A DNA stretch of 64,000 nt from Octopus vulgaris (GCA_951406725.2 OX597823.1:100068001-100132000); one strand, 5' to 3'. Positions 1 through 12,654 are shown, numbered from the stretch's first letter. Made by a program: numbers and translations. The notes: generated by a model not told the origin, from the letters alone.

Positions 1-109
1 TCTCAATTACAAGAAACTATGAATAATTCGTAATTTTAAACCGTCTACATGAAATGGTGTTTATCTCTTGCTTTCTCTGTTGATCCTACTTTAACGGAAC
101 ATACGCGCG

Positions 110-320
110 TGAGTATGTGTGCGTGTGTCTTTTTGCCTGTACTTGTCCCAGTCTGCTTGACAACCAGTGTTGGTTTATTTACGCCCCACAATTCAATGGA
201 TCGGCAAAAGTGACGGATAAATACCAGACTTAAAAAATAAATACTGGAGTCGATTTGTTGGGCAAAAACCCCTTCAAGCATCGTCGCTGTCCAATGATTG
301 GAACAAGTAAAAGGGAAAGA
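110..320 (+). mobile_element. Degenerate SINE 3' half (same family as 22654-23062)
   Basis: gcttgacaaccagtgttggtttatttacgcccc...gaacaagtaaaag matches the reverse complement of the 22654-22860 segment. Confidence 0.6.
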
Positions 321-696
321 ATGGACAAAGTCGTGTGGACGTTTCAATCTGCAGATAACAAACCAGGATACGAACCAGGACACAACATTCTAATCAGCAA
401 AAAATGGGAAAATAGTATTTTGAACTGCAAGGTTTAAAATACTTTTTTTTTTCACTGTCAGTTCTGAAAATCAAATAATGACAGGAAAATTCAGGTTGAG
501 CTTGAGAGTAAAATAATTAAATAAATTAATAAATGAAAATGAGGAAAAATGTAAAGAAAAAATAGAGAAACATTATGGCTGCCGGAGAGTTACGAACGTT
601 GCAGCCGTGAGGAATTGGTGTAGAGTTGGTGTCAAGATTCACTTCAGAGCACTATAAATTTTAGATCTTGTCAGAAATGCCAACGCTGTCTATCCA

Positions 697-818
<122 letters not shown>

Positions 819-953
819 CGTGATCACCGTGACCGACCAGACTATCAGATGTTGCTACACATCGCTGGTCACAATGCGCTTCGGATAGTTTTAGCCTTCA
901 AATGACGCCACCCCGCTGGCTAAGCGAGCAGGCAAATATATATATATATATAT

Positions 954-1530
954 ATATTATATTATATTGAGGGTACTACTATTCGTAGATACCAACACGC
1001 TAAGAGGGACCAATGCGGTCAAAACTACTAAAAATAAACAAAATTTTACCGGAATAGTTCAATACTGAATTTTTATTCCGACTAGACAATTTGTTACCGA
1101 AATGCATTGCGAAAAAGCCCGCCATTTTCATAGATATGTAAGGATAAACATTCGTACAAGCTACGACGAATTCTACGGTTAGCTATCGAGTTTGTAATGT
1201 TATGTTTTTTCTTATATTTCTTGAGTTTGTTGCACTGACGAACATGAAATGCATATTCTGCATTAAATGCGAAATCACATGTGATATGTAACTGAATTCT
1301 TTTTTAAAATGATGTGTTTTGAAGTTTTGCATTCGGTAAAATTTTGTTTATTTTTAGTAGTTTTGACCGCATTGGTCCCTCTTAGTGTGTTGGTATCTAC
1401 GAATAGTAGTACCCTCAATATAATATAAATGAATATTTTCAAAGAGGAAGAATTTACGGATTTTTTCTCTTACGAGGTTTTTCACGCTGACTACTGATAA
1501 TTTCTTTTAAAGATTTTATCCTCAATTGTT
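954..1530 (+). mobile_element. Penelope-type non-autonomous element: ~95-bp inverted repeat enclosing a hammerhead motif
   Basis: Arms 954-1051 and 1334-1427 are near-perfect reverse complements. The 1460-1525 segment recurs inverted at 4405-4470. Flanked by (TA)n. Confidence 0.6.
1229..1292 (+). ncRNA. Type I hammerhead ribozyme motif
   Basis: gttgca-CTGACGA-stem II (acat..aatgca/tgcatt..atgc)-GAAA-palindromic TCACATGTGA-TA-tgtaac. Stem I is 6 bp; predicted cleavage after A1286; first stem II pair mismatched. Confidence 0.7.
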
Positions 1531-1599
1531 AATATATATATATATATGAAAAAACAAGTCAGGATAGAAAATGCTAAAATAATTTTATAAAGAACATTT

Positions 1600-1637
1600 C
1601 AGTACCGGTTTCAGTCATTTTGAGACCTTTTCAACTG
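1600..1637 (-). ncRNA. Minimal hammerhead motif, U3-A8 core variant
   Basis: Minus strand: cag-TTGAAAA-ggtc tcaaaat gact-GAAA-CCGG-TA-ctg. Confidence 0.55.
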
Positions 1638-1961
1638 TAGCAATTAAATAATTAAATTTAGAAAAATTAAAAGAAAAGTTTTTTAAAAGAATATTTGTAT
1701 AGTGTTCAAATATAAGTGGCATTTTCCTTGTTTCTGCCTTTCTCTGTCTCTCTTGTTTACTCTTGTGGGTTCGAGGTCGTTGTGAATTCTTGGTAGGGAA
1801 GAAGGAGGAGGAGGAGGAGGAGGAGGAAGACGAAGAATTTGGGAGTGCCTTGATTGTAGTACTTTGAATGGTCAGTAGAGGCTAGCAGTTGCTGTTCAAT
1901 TCATGAAAATCTATTGAAAGTTTTGTTTATAGAATTCGCGTAGGTGATAAAGTTAGGAAGG

Positions 1962-2052
1962 AGAAGGAAGGAGAATGGGAGAAGAAGAAGAAGAAGAAGA
2001 AGAAGAAGAAGAAGAAGAAGAAGGAGGAGGAGGAGGAGGAGGAGGAGGAGAA

Positions 2053-2089
<37 letters not shown>

Positions 2090-2180
2090 GAGGAGGAGGA
2101 GGAGGAGGAGGAGGAGGAGAAGAAGAAGAAGAAGAAGAAGAAGAAGAAGAAGAAGAAGAAGAAGAAGAAGAAGAAGAATA
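1962..2180 (+). repeat. Compound purine-rich trinucleotide microsatellite (GAA)n(GGA)n(GAT)n(GGA)n(GAA)n
   Basis: Direct reading. Confidence 0.95.
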
Positions 2181-3479
2181 TGAATGAGTGAAAGTAGTGA
2201 GGTATTGGAAGACTTAAAGTTGGCATGTTATGGATTATAGCAGTGATTGGGGCTGATTTTTAATGTATTCTTAGGAATGTAATATTTGCGTGTGTATTTG
2301 TGTTATTCTAAGGCCGAGGGTGGATATATCGTTTGTCGTAGACGCGTTCAGATTTAGATCTTCCAGAGATGACAACGGAATTTTTGCGAGTGAATTTGAA
2401 TCAAAACTGCCAACTCAGAAAACAACGTTTAGGTTTTATCGACCGTTTCACTTTTCTGTAAAGAAAATGACAATATTTACCGCCATGTTGTTAACGGTTT
2501 GTAAAATGCAATGCAATGTCAGTATGAATCAGACAAACAGTAACTTTTTATTGACAGCTCAAAGTTGAGTTTAAAGTGTGTTTTGTTGCGTTATAGAAAT
2601 ATGCTTGTTTCTGTAGCTTTTGGACACTCGCTACATCTAGAATGAAATTAGTACCGTGGAAACCCAAATACTTTGGATGATATATAAAGATTTGTAAGGG
2701 ATTTTTAATCTGCCTGACCAACAAAAGTGGTTATTCTAACTTAAATTATTTTTGTGCGTGATGCAAAATCGGTCCAGGCTTCCAGAGAACTTTCGACAAA
2801 GTCAACAGTCCGAACTTAGCGTCAAGATAAAATCGACAGACTAGCACAAATAACGGTTTAGGTGACTGGAAAACCACTTTCGCCAGAGGTTAAACCGAGT
2901 CCAACAAAGCTCAGTTTTAGAATCTGCCTGTTTCCCATCTCCTAAATGAATTCAACGCGTGTAAAATTTTCTAGCTGTCGACTAACGATTCCATGTTAGT
3001 TTCATAAAAAAAAATGTAAAACAATGGTTTTTATAAGAAAAAGAAAACCTTGAATTATACTTACGGAATTGGTAACTGTGGAAACTAATGTTAAAATAAT
3101 ATAAACAGCACGCTAATGTGGTTAGAAACAAAACTTCCTCATCTCTGGCAGGTTTGGGAAATTACGTAAAATGGCAGGCAGGGCGTATATGAAAGAACCG
3201 TAGAGCAGCGAAGAAAATAAAACTTTAAAAAATAACTCCAATAAAAAAAATATCCAGTTAAAATATTTCTTTATTTAAATATCACCATCATCATCGACAT
3301 TACAAAAAAAAAAAAACAACACATAATAAACATTTATAAGGATATTTATAGTAAATATTCATCGGACGAATATTTGTATAATATATGTACAACAGTGTGA
3401 ACGTTGAATGGAATTTTACTGAATATACAATAATAGAGATGGGATTTGACTTGGCAGAAGACCGGCTGATGTAGGGGAA

Positions 3480-3650
3480 GGAATGTAATCGACCGATCGA
3501 CCTCAGTAGATCATTGGTACTTCATTTTAGCAATTCTCCGGGGGCGGGGATACGGTTTAGCTAAAGTCGACCCCGGCAGCACTTGAACTCAGAACGACGT
3601 AACTAAATATGCTGTCATTTTATACACCCCACTATGCTTTCTGACTTTGC
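3480..3650 (-). mobile_element. Degenerate tRNA-derived SINE
   Basis: aaagtcgaccccggc..ttgaactcagaacg core shared with many copies in the window. Confidence 0.6.
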
Positions 3651-3970
3651 CCTTCGAAAACAAAAATAAAATTATATATATATGTATGTATGTATGTATG
3701 CATGTATGTATGTATATAACGTATAATAATCATTATTAGATATACACATACATATATACACATGAATACATACACACAAACGCTCACACACATGAACATT
3801 CACAGAGGAAAAGATTGGCATTGACTTCAGAGTTTCGCATTACCAGCCATCATAGGGTTGTTGTTAGCTGACAAGCCATAACTTCAAACTCACTGTCAAC
3901 ATATTCCTCGCAAAAATTAATGCGCTTCACTAAAAAGTATTGAATAATCCTTCAATTTAATGTCAAATTG

Positions 3971-4061
<91 letters not shown>

Positions 4062-4095
4062 TGTATGTATGTATGTATGTATGTATGTATGCATG

Positions 4096-4282
4096 TACGA
4101 AGAGTGCTGAAAAGTTCCTATAAAAGAAAATATAGGAGAATCAATCAATTATGATTTTATTCAACATATTCCTCTCTCAGATTCTCACACTTATTGCAGC
4201 AGTCCTTCAGTTTTTCTAAGCCCTGTAAAAGAACTTGGCGGGTTGAGCCTCCAAGACCTTTCACAATATCTTTAAAGCCGGG

Positions 4283-4286
<4 letters not shown>
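4096..4286 (-). mobile_element. Mariner-derived MITE/relic
   Basis: TIR-like tacgaagagtgctgaaaagttcc at left and partial aaagccgggaact at right. Minus-strand peptide QGLEKLKDCCNKCENLREEYVE resembles the mariner C-terminus (GIxKLxxRWxKC..GxYVE). Confidence 0.7.
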
Positions 4287-4322
<36 letters not shown>

Positions 4323-4595
4323 GTATGTATGTTATATACGTATGTATATAAACAGAAGCGACACATATGTATATACATATATACATACATATATAAGTAT
4401 TTAAAATAGGATAAAATCTTTATAAGAATTTATCAAGAAGTCAGCGTGAAAACCTCAAAAAGGGAAAAATTATAATTATTCCCTTTAAATATATTTATTT
4501 ATATTAAGGGCATTTATGTGTATTAATGCCCTTTATATAAACAAATACATATATATGTATGCATGTGTGTGTAGACAGACAGATAGATAGATATA

Positions 4596-4653
<58 letters not shown>

Positions 4654-4658
4654 GGATG

Positions 4659-4740
<82 letters not shown>

Positions 4741-5547
4741 CAGACAGATAGATATTAGTGAAAGGACTAAGCTATTCAAATAATATTGGACAATGATTTA
4801 TGCAGCAGTAACTTCATGTTTTATCAACTCAGCATCAGAGTTTCAATTACAAAGTGAAACCATTTCTAATTCCATTATTAGGAAAATGCATAATCACCAA
4901 AACTCTTCTTCATCTTTGTGAAGATGTCAAGTTCTGAACATATGTACGCAACATTATTATTGAGAAGTACAGAGCTGTACCTTTGCTATAAAAGGTAATG
5001 CGTTCGCTCAGTTATCAACTGGTACGTGGTTCGATTACGATTCAGTGGTAAAATGCTGTTTATTTTTAAAACCCGAATGTCTTGGCGAAATGTACGACGT
5101 CTTGATTAAATTGTGTAATATCAGGGCATTATGTTTTAGCAGCGTTATTCCCGTGTCTGACCTCGGAAATAAGTAACATCCGAGAATAATTTTTCCCTGA
5201 AACTTAAGACCCATTTTAGAAATCGCTATTGTTAAGAATATGTAAACTGGAAACAATTTCCCTCGATACGAGGTTCCTTCTTTTCTTTTCTTCAAAGAAA
5301 AATAGATGCGAATATATATCTCAAATATCAATACGATATAATTAAAATTGTTTGAATTAATTTATTATTGTATCAACAAATATAATTGACGCAATTTTTC
5401 GCAAATCTTCTACTCCCTCTTGACAGTCAGGTGGTCTGAAATAATGTGGAATAAAAATACCTCGAGCAGAAACAACGGCGTTTAACGATGCTGTATGTTT
5501 CGATTCATGATCTGTTTTATACACAACATCTATCGCTCCTACTTTAT

Positions 5548-5690
5548 ATAATCCTTTCTACTATAGGCAGAAGGCCTGACATTTTGGGAGGGGTGATAGG
5601 TCGATTGGATTGACCCCAGTACTTCATTTGTCGACCCCGAAAGAATGAAAGACAAAGCCGACTTCGATGGAATTTGGACTCAGAACGTAG
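5548..5690 (-). mobile_element. tRNA-derived SINE fragment
   Basis: aatcctttctactataggcagaaggcctga...tcgaccccgaaagaatgaaag...cagaacgt. Confidence 0.7.
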
Positions 5691-6256
5691 AGTATGTTTT
5701 GAGATTTGACAGCTGTTTCTAACGTATCGTGGACAGCTTCGATTGTCGACTGGGAAAGTTGAATGAAATATAACTGGGTGGGGCGTATAATTCTATTTCT
5801 ATAACAATAATATCTTAAAATGACAATTTTTGCGAATAGCTAATCCATTAGCATAGGCTGAATGAGAAGTGACTGCAGTCTGTCGTCTGTTCACGGTGGG
5901 CATGTTCTAAAATGGGTCACCTATATTTAAACATCGAAACACATAAAACACTATTTTGTCATTTATTATAAATAGTTGACTAGTTAAAAATTATTCATCG
6001 ATCGAAATAAAATAATCGGTGAATAGATTAAAGAATATAGCCAACTTATTTGAAAGTAAGTGTTACGTCATGGAGACGTAAACAAAAGAGATACGACGTA
6101 GTTCGTGATTGGGAGCAAAAAGAAAATGGTCTTGTTGTTTAGTATTATATTTTATAGTGCCATTATACAACTGTATTTACTGTCATTTACTGGTCTTTGT
6201 AGACCACTATTCAATGAAATGTGAGTATGTGCGTGCGTGTGTGAATATATATATAT

Positions 6257-6326
6257 ATAGTTATCGCCATACTTATATGGCAGTCTTATATTTATAAGAC
6301 TGCCATATAAGTATGGCGATAACTAT
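6257..6326. repeat. Perfect 34-bp-arm palindrome (2-nt loop)
   Basis: atagttatcgccatacttatatggcagtcttata tt tataagactgccatataagtatggcgataactat. Confidence 0.95.
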
Positions 6327-6385
6327 TAATTTCCAGTAACGCTGCCGTAATCTCTTTTAGAGAGACTTAGTAATTTTAATATTTC

Positions 6386-6502
<117 letters not shown>

Positions 6503-6526
6503 TACACATACATACAGACATACATA

Positions 6527-6577
<51 letters not shown>

Positions 6578-7420
6578 GCAGATAAAAAGATACAAACTAC
6601 AGAAGCGAACATGCATGTTAATATTCGATGATTCATGAGTCTGACGATAAAACCTTTACCGTTCTTTTATTTTTATTTCCCCATTTCCGAATCGATCTAA
6701 TTGCTGATAGCCACTCAAATCAATGTAATATCTAATTTATTATTAAAAGTTTACACCAATAGTGATCATCCTCATTCAATTACTCGACAAATGTCACCTG
6801 ACTCCTAACCGCATCAGCCGGAGACATTGGTTACCGCATGTCTACAGCACTGCCTTGCCTACATTATTGAACTATTCCATTCACGTGGTGCATATTTACG
6901 ACTTAGCGGACTGGGACGTTGAGTGTTAAGTATCTTGGCTATGAACAGTTTGGGTACAGCCTAACACAACACCTCACATTTGCTTGTGTGAAACCCTCAC
7001 AGCACAGCCATCAGCAACTTTCTCCCATCACACATTTTCAATGAAATAATATTTTAAGGAGAATCCGTCTGCAAAAGAAATGCGTTTTCAAATATCAAAT
7101 ATTCTCAGTTATTTTGAAGATAAGTGTTATCATATTTTTTCACGTGAAAAAATTTAATAATAAATAGATAAATAAATAAATAAATAAATAAGAGTCCTTG
7201 AATAAAGAAAGAATAAAATGAAAGAAATATAGAGATGATCAGATTCCTATCGAATAAACTGGATATGTTGTTTCGCCATCAACATCGTTTGCCGGCTGAA
7301 AGTTCGTTAACCTATTGGATGTACCTGTTTGTTGTATCAATAGGTTGTTGGCTTAATATGTAAACAGCAACTGGAAGACATTGCTAATTATAAATATCTT
7401 ACTATTATATATATATATAT

Positions 7421-7620
7421 AACGGGAAGGTTTACGAAAATAAACAAAAGACGAAGGCAGGTGGAGTACAAACAAACAATTGTATTAGTATGGCGCTCAG
7501 GAATAGAAATAAAACAAGTTTTTTACGTTTCGAGCCTACGCTCTTCGACAGAAAGATACACAGAAAAGAAACAAGGAGAGAAAAAAATGCGTGTAGGAGC
7601 TAACGGTCCAACATGACCAA
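7421..7620 (-). mobile_element. Short repeat with hammerhead-like motif (family shared with 36250-36500)
   Basis: Minus strand 7519-7556: tcttt-CTGTCGAA-gagc gtag gctc-GAAA-CG-TA-aaaa. Body is homologous to 36310-36480. Confidence 0.6.
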
Positions 7621-8897
7621 TATCAGAAACAAGGTATATGTGTAAGCAAACACCTCAAAGCTGCAGTATTTCATCTAAGGGAGACTTCTTTAAAGAGGTA
7701 TCGTGTTAATAAAAAAAAAACAGTATTCTCTCAAAACTAGGCGAAACGAAATCGCGTCCGAAGTGAAAGAGGGCGACAGACATCGATATTTCTCAGTCAC
7801 TTCTATTCTCCAGTGTCACATGCTCCTCCACTCCCTAAACGACTCGCAACACCCTGCCAGAGTATGTTTACAAATGCCATAAAATCTTTAGCGTTCCTTC
7901 GATATAACTCGACAATATCAAAACAAAAATTCGACTCTTTCCGTGACAAATCTTTTTGCTGATGTGCAAAAGCGTTGTACGAGGAAAACAAAATTTAAAT
8001 TTTGTATTTGAAGCAGTTTAATAATGTAAACACACGCACACGCATACGGGGTTTCGCGTTGCGCTGTACTCAGCAATAATTAGAAACATTTTATACAAAT
8101 GTAAAGTTGCTAATTCTTGCTTCGAAAAGTATTTTAACATCTCTTCTGAAACTAGATGTTAATAATTTATAAATGTATGTTATTTTTATTTGTTTTGTAT
8201 TTTTGTAAACTAAATTATTAACAAAACCAAAAAATGTTTCATCTTTCATAGTTTCCCCATCAACTGTTTCCGCTGGAAACATTCTGGGAAGCGTCTGTTG
8301 GCAGTCATTCAATATTATCTCATTTAGTTAATTACTGAAAGACGGTCAAACAGGTAACATAAACATTCAGTGTTTAAGCAGAAACAAATCTGTAAACCTT
8401 TACATTGAAGGTAACCACAACGCGCACGCGCACGCGTGAGCAGATTCACAGTTGTGAAGTTCGTCGTATTCACAATGCTATTTACACGGTATTCATTATA
8501 TAAATTAAAAGTGTAATGGATGCCGGATGTGACGCTTTTCACAACAAACTATCCAGTCGGATAGATAGATAGAACAGCGGGTAAGAGTGAGTGAGAGGGA
8601 GAGAGAGAGAGAGAGAAAGGGAGAGAGAGAGAGAGAGAGGGAGAGAATGAGTGAGTGAGTAAAGCTTTCGTTATACAAAGGAGTTATAAGAATTTGTTAG
8701 TGCTAACAGGGTTACAGCTTTCTTTTCTACAAGCGTTGTAACGATGTGGGGAAAGGAAAGGTGGGGGGTTATGTGAGAAAATTGTTTTGTTTTTTTTAAA
8801 GAACAAAATTCAATAAGAAAGAACATATGTAGAGGTTAAGGACTGGACTCTTAAGCACGGCAGATGTGACATTAAACCGAAGTTGTAAATTGTTTCT

Positions 8898-10022
8898 TTA
8901 ACAAGCAAATGTCAACAATAAGGACCAAGTAAAACACGTGCTAATACCATATAATATCACACTTCCGCTCCTAACCACAGGTATGGAAGGCTCCCGATTG
9001 TTCAATCTATAAATGTCAATATTTTTTTTTAATCCCTTGGATGAGAAACAAGGGCTGTCCTGGCAAATCACCTCATCCGAAGAGCGGTAATTTTCCAAAG
9101 ATATTTTCTGCTTTAAATCTTTGAAAACACACCAGTTTCGGTAAAGAAGTTCGTCAAATGACCATTTGTCAAGAGAGATGCTGTTATACGCCGCTGAATC
9201 GACTCTCCTTGAAAGCATCTTATTATTGTTAACAGGTGAGTCTCGTTTAGTAGAAGACGACGACGAAGTATAATATATGGCTTTCTTTCCTTTCGATAAA
9301 CCGAACAGGTTGCAGCCGCATGTGAATGTGTTACCATAAAACTCAAAGTTGGAGAACTCATTGGTCGAAAAATCGAACACATTGCAACCGATGTCGGTGA
9401 TGTCGTTCATGAAAAAATCAACATGTCTGACGTTGGTTACGGAAGAAAAGATGGCCGTTCCTAAGCGACCGATCTGATTAGAATAAATGGAGAACGTATA
9501 GACATTGGATACTTGATGAATAGCTTCCGTCTGGAAATCATGAATGGTTGATTCGAATATAGTCCATTCTCTGAGATTAAATATGTTGCTAAATGCATGT
9601 TTTTTTATAGTTTTAATAGTCACATTATGGAACTGGATCACAGTCTGGTTCCATAAATGGTTGAAAGCGTTCGTTTCTATTCGGTCGATATTACAAACAG
9701 AAAACGACAATTCCTCCAAATTAGAGATGTTCTTAAAAGCATCGCTCCGGATTACATGTATATCACTGTTTTCGATCCTTAACAAAGTTAGATCCGGAAA
9801 CCGAAGCAGGGCATTTGCTGGGATTTCCTCTATTGACATTTCAGTCAGTAAGACTGACTTGGATATGGAAGGCAGATCAAGTGGAAAGGCATTCAGTCGG
9901 GAGCAAGATGTATATCCAGATTTGCAAACGCATGATTTTGGACAGTATTCGACGGGCAAAGATCCTGTACCGCTTATCAACATCAGTTGTAGCCAGAACA
10001 GGACACTCTTCAAGTAACCCAT
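8898..10022 (-). CDS. Secreted/cell-surface leucine-rich repeat protein (~374 aa), possibly GPI-anchored
   Basis: Intact ORF with N-terminal hydrophobic signal (MGYLKSVLFWLQLMLISGTGS), LRRNT cap CPKSCVC..C, repeated LxxLxIxxxxIxxIxxxAF units, LRRCT-like NTFTCGCNL and a hydrophobic C-terminus. The ORF-track GTG start at 10037 follows a splice acceptor; the first ATG is at 10022. Confidence 0.9.
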   Translation of the reverse strand: MGYLKSVLFWLQLMLISGTGSLPVEYCPKSCVCKSGYTSCSRLNAFPLDLPSISKSVLLTEMSIEEIPANALLRFPDLTLLRIENSDIHVIRSDAFKNISNLEELSFSVCNIDRIETNAFNHLWNQTVIQFHNVTIKTIKKHAFSNIFNLREWTIFESTIHDFQTEAIHQVSNVYTFSIYSNQIGRLGTAIFSSVTNVRHVDFFMNDITDIGCNVFDFSTNEFSNFEFYGNTFTCGCNLFGLSKGKKAIYYTSSSSSTKRDSPVNNNKMLSRRVDSAAYNSISLDKWSFDELLYRNWCVFKDLKQKISLENYRSSDEVICQDSPCFSSKGLKKNIDIYRLNNREPSIPVVRSGSVILYGISTCFTWSLLLTFAC

Positions 10023-10037
10023 TTTGTTGACTTTCAC

Positions 10038-10052
10038 CTACAAAAGATAAAA
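10038..10052 (-). other. Splice acceptor upstream of the LRR coding exon
   Basis: Minus strand reads ttatcttttgtag|GTGAAAGTCAACAAAATG (pyrimidine tract + AG), with the exon starting 15 nt before the ATG. Confidence 0.7.
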
Positions 10053-10374
10053 GCAAAGATTTTGGTGAAATAATTAAGAAACATACATTATCTTATTGAA
10101 ATATATATTAATGTCCTTAAATATTATACATGCATTCACAACATGTATAAAAACATACATGTATATACAAAAAGAGAAAGAGAAAAGAGAAAAATATAAA
10201 GCATTCGTAAATATATAGATATAATACGAACGTAAATGATGACGGGAGCTCAGAAACGTAGGCTAACACTTAAATCATTCGACCAGAAAGCAGAAACTGA
10301 AAGGAAAAACAATTTCCCAATATTTATGACCTTGGAAGGCCAACACATAAAGTGAAATGTTTGTATTATCGTTG

Positions 10375-10600
10375 CGGCATACGGTAAGGCAGTGAGTTGG
10401 CAGAGTGGATAAAGAGTCGGACAAAATTCCTTGCAGCATTTCTTCCGTTCTGAATCAACTTTGCTTTCTCTTTTCGTAGTCGGTCAACTTCATCATCCAG
10501 AGTCGAAAAAATAAAGTAACAGTCATGTACTGGGGTCAATGGTTTTAATGAAAGCCCCTCCTCAAACCTGTTGGCCTTGTACCTAAATTTCATTATGAAT
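10375..10600 (+). mobile_element. tRNA-derived SINE (degenerate)
   Basis: aaggcagtgagttggcagag...cggacaaaat..gcatttcttccg...ggggtcaatg...ggccttgtacct. Confidence 0.6.
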
Positions 10601-10959
10601 TCATGCAAACGCGGACGTGCACAGAATGGAAAATTTATAGCTTTGTTCTTGCAACAGATGTGCCTTGTCAGTGATTAGCATAATTTGAAAAGAGGTCCGC
10701 GATTAGGACTTGGCGGTCAATAAATGGGTGGGTTTGAAGAATATGTACTGACCACCACCTCTTCCACCGCCCAACCAGAAATGGCTTGTGAAAGTGTAGG
10801 TCAAGCAACATGAAGGGAAACAAAAATAAGCGTGGTGGCGTCTCTGTCGAAACTGAGCACATCTGTTACAGGGTCAGAAGTGCAACGCTAAGAGGATGTC
10901 CCAAGTTTTCACAAACTAGAACAGTTCGCATTTACTAACGAGCTTCTAAAAGCAAGAAA

Positions 10960-11130
10960 GAGCGGTGAACTGACAGGATTGCTGACAAGCTTGCCGAACA
11001 AAATGCATAGCGGCATTTCTTCCGGCTTTGTGCGTTCTGGGTTCAAATGCGCTGAGATCGATTCTGTCTCTCATCTTTTCTGGGCCGATAAATAATTACT
11101 GGGGTCGATGTCCTCAACTAACCCCTCTCT
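10960..11130 (+). mobile_element. tRNA-derived SINE (degenerate)
   Basis: gcggtgaactgacaggatt...cgttctgggttcaaat...ctggggtcgatgt. Confidence 0.6.
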
Positions 11131-11339
11131 TCGAAATGGATATTTTTAAATGAAATTTTCTGCAAATACATTTCAGATTAGGATTATATCGAAATTTGTT
11201 TGGACAAAACTTTACTGAGGAACGATCTTGCGGCTGGTTTATATAATCATCGCGCGTTCTAATATTTATCTAACTCTTGCTCATTCTATCTGTGTGTATA
11301 AGTATGTGTGTTGGTCAGAGAGACAGAGAGAAAAGAGCG

Positions 11340-11370
<31 letters not shown>

Positions 11371-11519
11371 GTGAACTTGTGTGTGTTCATTGACATGGTT
11401 CTAAAATGTAGATCCATTTAAATATCCTAAATTATAATGAATGTCCAAACATATAAATGTCCGTATATGCAAATGGGATTTATGATTGTGTGTGTGGGGG
11501 GGGGCGTATGTGTGCGCGC

Positions 11520-12353
11520 GCGTCTATCCGTCTGTCTGTCTGTCTGTCTGTCTGTTCCCTCTTCACGGTCTGTTCCCTCTTCACGGTCAAACGGCGAGAC
11601 CAATGGTCACAATGTCTTTCGGGATTACGAAGGAGGTAATCAAGAAGGTTTTTAGCAAAAAAAAAAAATGCGAAAAAGTATGATTATTTGGTGGATATTG
11701 CGTTTTGTATTACCAAGACGCTCGTGAGGAAGGTTTTTAGCATTAAAGACCAGGAAGTATAACTATTTCGTGGAGATCGATTTCTGAACTGATAAACCAC
11801 CTTCGCATTTTTATTAAAATTTCACCGACCGCGAGTAACTCTGGATTTTCATCGTATAATTCGTGGCCCCATCGTACATACGAACTGGGTCGCGAGGACG
11901 GTTAATAACGAAAATAAAATGGAAAAAGTGTGTGTTTATATATAGTGTGTGTGATTATTTAGTGGTTATTGAAGTGTGTCAGTCTCAAGCAGGATTCGAA
12001 ACAGCTAATCGAAGCAGCTGTTGTTTACATCTCAGTTTTGTCAATCAAAATAACACATGGTACCAGAACATCCGGACATTATTTGCACAGAACAGTGAGA
12101 GGTAAGCCTTAGTTTGATTTTTTGCAACCCTAAAGATTCCACTCGCGCATTCACAGCAAACAAGGCACAGGGCCAGACTTTAGATCGTGTAGGTGTATTT
12201 TTACTCACTCCGATGTTTATACACGTCCAGTTATACGTTGTTATGTGTAGAGCAGCGGACTCCAGTAATCTGAGAATCAGTATCGACCTAACAGAATATA
12301 CCGTCTACAAAGAAGTTTTGTAATCATGTTGATATTATCGAAAGGAATATGTT
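11520..12353 (+). mobile_element. Helitron relic with PIF1-like helicase C-terminus
   Basis: 12114-12323 encodes AFTANKAQGQTLDRVGVFLLTPMFIHVQLYVVMCRA..VYKEVL, matching the Helitron motif TINKSQGQT..VG....FSHGQLYVAxSR. The 5' (CTGT)n + cacggtcaaacggcgagaccaatgg is typical of Helitron 5' regions. Confidence 0.75.
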
Positions 12354-12622
12354 CAGTTCTATATTTAAGAGATGAGGAATTATTTGCATTATTTACATTT
12401 GACGGATATTTGACCTCATCTTATTTGTTGTTAACACAACGTTTCGGCTGAGATACCCTCCAGCCCTCATCAGGTATTTTGGGGAAATTTCGAACCTAGG
12501 TTCTCATTCCTAAGGTATTTTTCAATATTAGTATTATTATTATAATTCAGGTCACTGCTTGGAATCGAACTCGGAATCTTGGGGTTAGTAGCCCGCGCTC
12601 TTAACCACTACGCCATATGCCC
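12354..12622 (-). mobile_element. tRNA-headed SINE-like element carrying a hammerhead (left copy)
   Basis: Minus strand: GGGCATATGGCGTAGTGG (A box)...GAGTTCGATTCC (B box)..gtgacctga, short (TAA), then body with hammerhead at 12433-12478. Confidence 0.8.
12433..12478 (-). ncRNA. Minimal hammerhead ribozyme motif
   Basis: aatac-CTGATGAG-ggctg gagggtatct cagcc-GAAA-CG-TT-gtgtt. Stem III is palindromic ACGT; GUU site. Confidence 0.7.
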
Positions 12623-12654
12623 GTGGGCATATGATGATTATGATGATGATGATG

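Noticed and set aside
5705-5722. gacagctgtttc (reverse GAAACAGCTGTC)
   Set aside because: Part of another degenerate repeat (gatttggctgctatttct-like, also near 19945 and 41875); no core upstream.
9544-10017. 157-aa plus-strand ORF
   Set aside because: Antisense shadow of the LRR gene with no domain signal.
10235-10265. atgatgacgggagctcagaaacgtagg hammerhead-like string
   Set aside because: C3 is missing and there is no convincing stem I.
12547-12622. Possible tRNA gene (also at 29205-29280)
   Set aside because: The acceptor stem does not pair properly, there is no oligo-T terminator, and it continues into a repeat body; treated as a SINE head.
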